Source: Gemmatimonadaceae bacterium
GTDB taxonomy: Bacteria; Gemmatimonadota; Gemmatimonadetes; Gemmatimonadales; Gemmatimonadaceae
Direction: 5' to 3'
Length of the DNA stretch: 32,632 nucleotides
Assembly (NCBI GenBank): GCA_033763905.1
Contig: JANRJP010000057.1
Span: forward strand, 1-32,632
Shown: positions 29,035 through 32,632 of the stretch, piece after piece
How positions within the stretch are numbered: the first letter of the stretch is position 1
How the letters are laid out: each line of letters opens with the position of its first letter
Program-made: the position numbers and the translations under genes
Notes under the pieces: model-generated
Told to the model about the DNA's origin: nothing
Seen by the model: the letters and a program-made list of their open reading frames with translations, nothing else
The model's database searches: none

Positions 29035-30506
29035 GGGGAAGTCCTGAAAGAGGAATCAGCCTTGGGCGATCCGTAGACCGAGGCGGAATGGAGAGGATGA
29101 AGGGCTGCGGCCGTGGGAGTGAGCGCGCCGGTTGCTGCCTCGAGGCGTGCTAACGCCTCGTGCTGAGCAAGCCAAGCATCCCAGTAGCCGAACTCGGCGT
29201 CGAGTAGCTGGTTGCGAAGCAAAAGCAGCGTTGGCAGCGCAAGTTTTCCTGCCCGGTATGCGGTCTCGAGCAGTTCAATGTTTGCGCGTGCCGGTCGAAC
29301 CACCGTCGTCTCGAAGACAGCAATCTCTTCGGAGGCAGTGCGATACGCTCGAGCGGACTCCAGCACATCAGTGCGGATTCCAAGCTCGGCGGCGCGTTGA
29401 TCTAGTCGAGCCTGCTCGGTGAGTGCCCGGCGTTGGTCCACGAGCCCTTGGTTGCGGTTGAAGAGCGGGAGGCTCAAGCCGATGGCGGGCCCGATGGCCG
29501 CTGAGCCGTTGCTCTCCGCCCGCTCCACAACGGCGCCGATGCGCACATTCGGGAACACCGAGCGTCGCGAGAGGCGTGTTAGGTGTTCAAGCTCGCGTAC
29601 CGCCGCTTCGTTTGCCGAGAGGTCCGGCCGTCGCGCCAATGCGAGTACTACCAACGAGTCTTCGGCCGGGGAGGGCAGCTCAGCGGGATGATTCGAGGTG
29701 CTCGAGGAGTCAGAGACAAGGCGAAGCAAAGTCTCAGGTCTTAGCCCTAGGAGTTGCTTGAGTGCGAAGGCTGCTCCGAGCGCAGCGCGCTGCGCACTCA
29801 AGACCCGGCCTCGCGCTCGCCCGGCTTCAATCTCAGCGAGATTCGCCTCCATAATGCTGATCTCGCCTTCGGCAAGCTGGGTGCGCACAGCTGCGATTAG
29901 TCGCTCGGTGAGCGCCAGGGCGTCCTGCGCAACAGCGAGCCGGCGCTCCGCAGCGAAGGCCCGGTAGAAGCCGACACTCGCCGACGCGAGTGACACACGC
30001 GCTGCGTTTTGCACAGATGCGGTCGCGCGAGTGCGACCCTCGCGCGCAGCGCCGATGCGAAGTCCGCGCTGGCCAGCCCACTCGACTTCCTGCGTCAGCA
30101 GAAGCTCAAACGGCCTCTCTGTTCCGCCATCGCCTACGGCTTGTAGCGTGAGGTCAGGATTGAACTGATAGACTCGCGCCTGGCGAAGCGCGCCATCGGC
30201 AATCGCCAACTCTTGTCGCCTGGCCAAGAGGTTCAGATTCTGCCGGAGCGCTAGCCGCTGAACGTCGCTGATGTCTAGCCGAAGTGTGTCGGTAGTGAGG
30301 TTGCCGCTCGCGCCCTGAGCTAAGAGCGGAAGCGCCCAAGCCGCACTTGCGGCGAAGACGAGCCCGGCGCGCTGTGCGCACCGACGGAGTCGGTTCAGAC
30401 GTGTGGTGTGTTCGTGAGCAAGTGCCACTAGTGCTTCTCTCCCTGTGCTTGGTCTCGCTCCACTGATTGGGCGCATCGTGGCTGGAAGCACTAGCGTGCG
30501 TTCCAA
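29031..30506 (-). CDS. czcC: CzcC/TolC outer-membrane factor (start uncertain: 30506, 30476 or 30428)
   Basis: OEP repeats; LSLPLFNRNQG, AYRAGK; upstream of czcB with GTGA overlap. Confidence 0.88.
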   Translation of the reverse strand: MERTLVLPATMRPISGARPSTGREALVALAHEHTTRLNRLRRCAQRAGLVFAASAAWALPLLAQGASGNLTTDTLRLDISDVQRLALRQNLNLLARRQELAIADGALRQARVYQFNPDLTLQAVGDGGTERPFELLLTQEVEWAGQRGLRIGAAREGRTRATASVQNAARVSLASASVGFYRAFAAERRLAVAQDALALTERLIAAVRTQLAEGEISIMEANLAEIEAGRARGRVLSAQRAALGAAFALKQLLGLRPETLLRLVSDSSSTSNHPAELPSPAEDSLVVLALARRPDLSANEAAVRELEHLTRLSRRSVFPNVRIGAVVERAESNGSAAIGPAIGLSLPLFNRNQGLVDQRRALTEQARLDQRAAELGIRTDVLESARAYRTASEEIAVFETTVVRPARANIELLETAYRAGKLALPTLLLLRNQLLDAEFGYWDAWLAQHEALARLEAATGALTPTAAALHPLHSASVYGSPKADSSFRTSP

Positions 30507-30652
30507 GGCGACCGAGAGATCGCCGCAACGAGTTGCGACGATCTAAGATCAATCGGCGAGTTGTGTGGGGCCTGTCCGCGTAGGCGGCAGGAGCGCGGCG
30601 CGCTGATGACGCGTCGGCCCGTATGGCCAAGCGTCAGCGCCGCGCGAGAGAA

Positions 30653-31081
30653 TCAGCCGATTGGTGGCCGGAGCTGGGGCTCGCCGTGACGGCTCGCAGG
30701 CGCCTGCTCGCAGAACTGCATCGGAAGGCCGCGGGTGACGGCGCGTTCTGCTTCGCAAGTCGGCGGAGATTGCATCCAGCCGCTGTGCACATGTGCACAG
30801 TGGCAGGCGTGTTGAGCGTGTCCAGATTCTCCGGGAGCGCGCTCACCTGGGTAATTATCGGAAGTGTCTACGCGTGCACCCCTCTGCGATTCATTTACCT
30901 CGTCGCCGCGAGCGAGGTGGAACTCTGCGTGGTCACGGGCTCCGTCGACTCGGGCCAACTCCTCGTGCGTTGCATCGCCATCATGGGTGTCCGCGAGCAA
31001 GGCCTCAGCCGTGAAGAGGCCAAAGGTCAGTGCCAGAACGCACGCGGTGAGGCGGCGCAGAACTGAGCCACGAATAGTCAC
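30653..31081 (-). CDS. Small His/Cys-rich CopL/CzcI/DUF2946-like protein ending RPPIG
   Basis: N-terminal hydrophobic segment; HAQHACHCAHVH; C-terminal LRPPIG; first gene of the czc cluster. GTG at 31081 lies 6 nt after a TACATT -10 (alternative start 31105). Confidence 0.7.
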   Translation of the reverse strand: MTIRGSVLRRLTACVLALTFGLFTAEALLADTHDGDATHEELARVDGARDHAEFHLARGDEVNESQRGARVDTSDNYPGERAPGESGHAQHACHCAHVHSGWMQSPPTCEAERAVTRGLPMQFCEQAPASRHGEPQLRPPIG

Positions 31082-31318
31082 CAGATTAATGTAATCGGAA
31101 GTCACCTCCCGAGAAAGCTGTTTGGTTCAGCCGAGAAGGGCATCTGAAGAAGTTCAAAGCGTTTAGGCGGTAATTTCAGCTGCCGCACGGACCACTTAGG
31201 GCAGAAGTTGAGGGTCCAAGAATCGACCCAAGCCAACAAGCGCCCGTTGACGCGCTCGCGCGGATCGCGTCGTGAAGCGTCTCTCGCCCAGTATTGATTC
31301 AATCTGAGGCGTGGGTCG

Positions 31319-31453
31319 GCATAACGTTTGCTTCTGCTGCGAGCGCTCCCATAAAATGCGGTTGTGGGGCCGCAGCATTCCTTCCATAAAGTTGAGCAGC
31401 GGCCCCACAACCGCTACCAACCCCGCGCTTGTCGGCAGCAAGCGTCGTTATGC
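31319..31453 (+). mobile_element. Intact attC-like site (135 bp)
   Basis: R'' GCATAAC at 31319-25 and R' GTTATGC at 31447-53 are exact complements; L arms GCTTCTGCTGC/GCAGCAAGC; perfect 16-bp inner IR at 31358-73 and 31399-414. Confidence 0.85.
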
Positions 31454-31486
31454 GGCGCCATTGCTGAGCGCGCGGCGTGAGCGCCC

Positions 31487-31518
31487 TTGACTCTATACCG
31501 TGGTATAGGGTTTATCCT
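31487..31518 (+). promoter_or_regulatory. MerR-family promoter/operator: TTGACT-20 bp-TATCCT with dyad CTATACC-gt-GGTATAG
   Basis: Long spacer containing an inverted repeat (31493-31508), the hallmark of MerR-family promoters. Confidence 0.88.
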
Positions 31519-31525
31519 ACATCGT

Positions 31526-31939
31526 ATGAAAGTCCCTTTGCGCATCGGGGCCGTCGCTGAGGCGGCGGGCGTGGGCGTGCAGACGCTCCGGTACTACGAG
31601 CGGCGCGGCCTGTTGAGCGCTCGCCACCGCACGGCAGGCGGCTACCGTGAATACGCTCCGGACACGGTCCGTCGCGTCGTGTTCATTCGCCGCGCGCAGG
31701 CGATGGGATTCACGCTCGATGAGATTCGCGCGCTCCTCGCGCTTCGTGTGCGGGAGCCGCGACGTTGCGAGCCGGTGAAGGAGTCCGCCGAGATCGCGCG
31801 CGCGCGCGTCCGCGAGCAGCTCGTCGCGCTGCGACGGATGGACAAGGTGCTCGCACGGCTCATTCGTGCGTGCGACGCGCGAGCGGTCACGGAGGAGTGC
31901 CCCATCCTGGCGGCGCTCGAACCTGAGGAGAGGAGTTAG
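31526..31939 (+). CDS. merR: MerR-family metal sensor, Hg(II)-type Cys triad
   Basis: TLRYYERRGLL, GYREY, GFTLDEI; Cys in RRCEP plus C-X8-C (ACDARAVTEECPIL). Confidence 0.88.
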   Translation: MKVPLRIGAVAEAAGVGVQTLRYYERRGLLSARHRTAGGYREYAPDTVRRVVFIRRAQAMGFTLDEIRALLALRVREPRRCEPVKESAEIARARVREQLVALRRMDKVLARLIRACDARAVTEECPILAALEPEERS

Positions 31940-31941
31940 CG

Positions 31942-32226
31942 ATGCAGATCGATTTGGTGTACTTCGAGGGATGCCCGCACGTTGTATCGGCGCGTCAACG
32001 CATTGCGGACGCGCTGGGGAGTCTCGGATTGTCTGCTGAATGGAGCGAGTGGGACACAGGCGAGGCCGCGACGCCGACGAATCTACGCGGCTATTCGTCG
32101 CCGACCGTACTCGTGAATGGGGTCGATGTCGAGCACAAGGCGGCGACGAGCGGCGCGGGCTGCGCGGTAGGTGGAGGGCCCAGTCTCGAGGTGCTGCGTG
32201 CGGCCCTGACTGCGGCGAGCCGATGA
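31942..32226 (+). CDS. Small thioredoxin-fold protein (DUF2703/'DF'-like)
   Basis: YFEGCPHV, SPTVLVNGVD, distal Cys (GAGC); GAGGAG RBS. Confidence 0.72.
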   Translation: MQIDLVYFEGCPHVVSARQRIADALGSLGLSAEWSEWDTGEAATPTNLRGYSSPTVLVNGVDVEHKAATSGAGCAVGGGPSLEVLRAALTAASR

Positions 32227-32612
32227 AGCCGGGGACACGTGATGGGGCGGGAGTCCTCGGTGCGATCCTCGCGGCGCTGTGCTGCGCGGGAACGCCGTTC
32301 ATTGTGGGTGGACTGGCCGCACTCGGCCTTGGATTCCTGCGCAAGGACGGCATTCTGTGGCCCGCGATGCTCCTCGCCCTGGCGGTCGCCGTTACAGGCT
32401 TCTGGAAGGGCGCGCGGACGCACGGGCGCTGGGGCCCGTTCGTTGTCGGTGGGCTAGGCGCGGTGTCGCTCGCAGCCGGCGTGATTCTCGTGCACGGATT
32501 TCCGGCGATGCAGATGATCTACGGGGGTTCCGCTGCGCTCGTCATCGGGGCGGGATGGAACAGTTACGCGCGAAGAAACTGTGCAACCGTGAGCACGCGC
32601 GCGTCCGCATAA
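32223..32612 (+). CDS. merC: MerC-like mercury transporter
   Basis: ATGA overlap; ALCCAGTP Cys pair in TM1, LAALGLGFL, HGRWGP, about 4 TM, C-terminal Cys; TAA lies within the R'' GCATAAC. Confidence 0.75.
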   Translation: MKPGTRDGAGVLGAILAALCCAGTPFIVGGLAALGLGFLRKDGILWPAMLLALAVAVTGFWKGARTHGRWGPFVVGGLGAVSLAAGVILVHGFPAMQMIYGGSAALVIGAGWNSYARRNCATVSTRASA

Positions 32613-32632
32613 CGAATTGGCGTTCTGCTGCG
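32607..32632 (+). mobile_element. attC-like site, left part (truncated by window end)
   Basis: GCATAAC at 32607-13 followed by TTCTGCTGCG, as in the 31319 site. Confidence 0.72.

Noticed and set aside
31117..31318. Possible 3' remnant of a cassette ORF ending at the TAA in R'' (…FNLRRGSA*)
   Set aside because: The frame has an internal stop and no recognisable homology; cannot be supported.
32040..32222. Upstream extension of the merC-like ORF (190 aa in the track)
   Set aside because: It overlaps the thioredoxin-like gene; the ATGA-coupled start at 32223 is more plausible.
1..32632. CRISPR array, tRNA/rRNA, integrase or intact transposase
   Set aside because: The repeats are kilobases apart and hairpin-like, not regularly spaced. 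No cas, RNA gene or tyrosine-recombinase motifs were seen.

Overview
High-GC bacterial DNA (Gemmatimonadota-like; the taxon is my inference) holding a multi-metal resistance region partitioned by four related attC-like integron recombination sites (partial at 1-42, degenerate at 17386-17481, intact at 31319-31453, partial at 32607-end). No integrase is present in the window. Block A (37-17475) is a copper cluster: a leftward operon (NTF2-like protein, BlaI/CopY-family repressor, M56 protease, copC, copD, DUF4198), diverging from copA-copB-P1B-3 ATPase and cusCBA, followed by a beta-barrel gene broken by one TGA and an IS3 remnant. A palindrome TTTAC-N5-GTAAA occurs four times, each time just upstream of a copper transcription unit. 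Block B (17476-31447) is a minus-strand cluster: CopL/CzcI-like RPP leader, czcCBA, P1B-4 ATPase, CDF, di-haem oxidoreductase, frameshifted Rieske protein, porin, a decayed gene and an ICMT-family methyltransferase. Block C (31448-end) is a compact cassette of merR, a thioredoxin-like protein and merC-like, without merA, whose last stop codon lies inside the next attC. Best candidates for new biology: very large attC-bounded metal-resistance cassettes, a BlaI/BlaR1-like proteolytic copper switch with its own operator, and a DHOR-Rieske-porin module attached to Czc efflux. All family calls are from motif recognition, not database searches.
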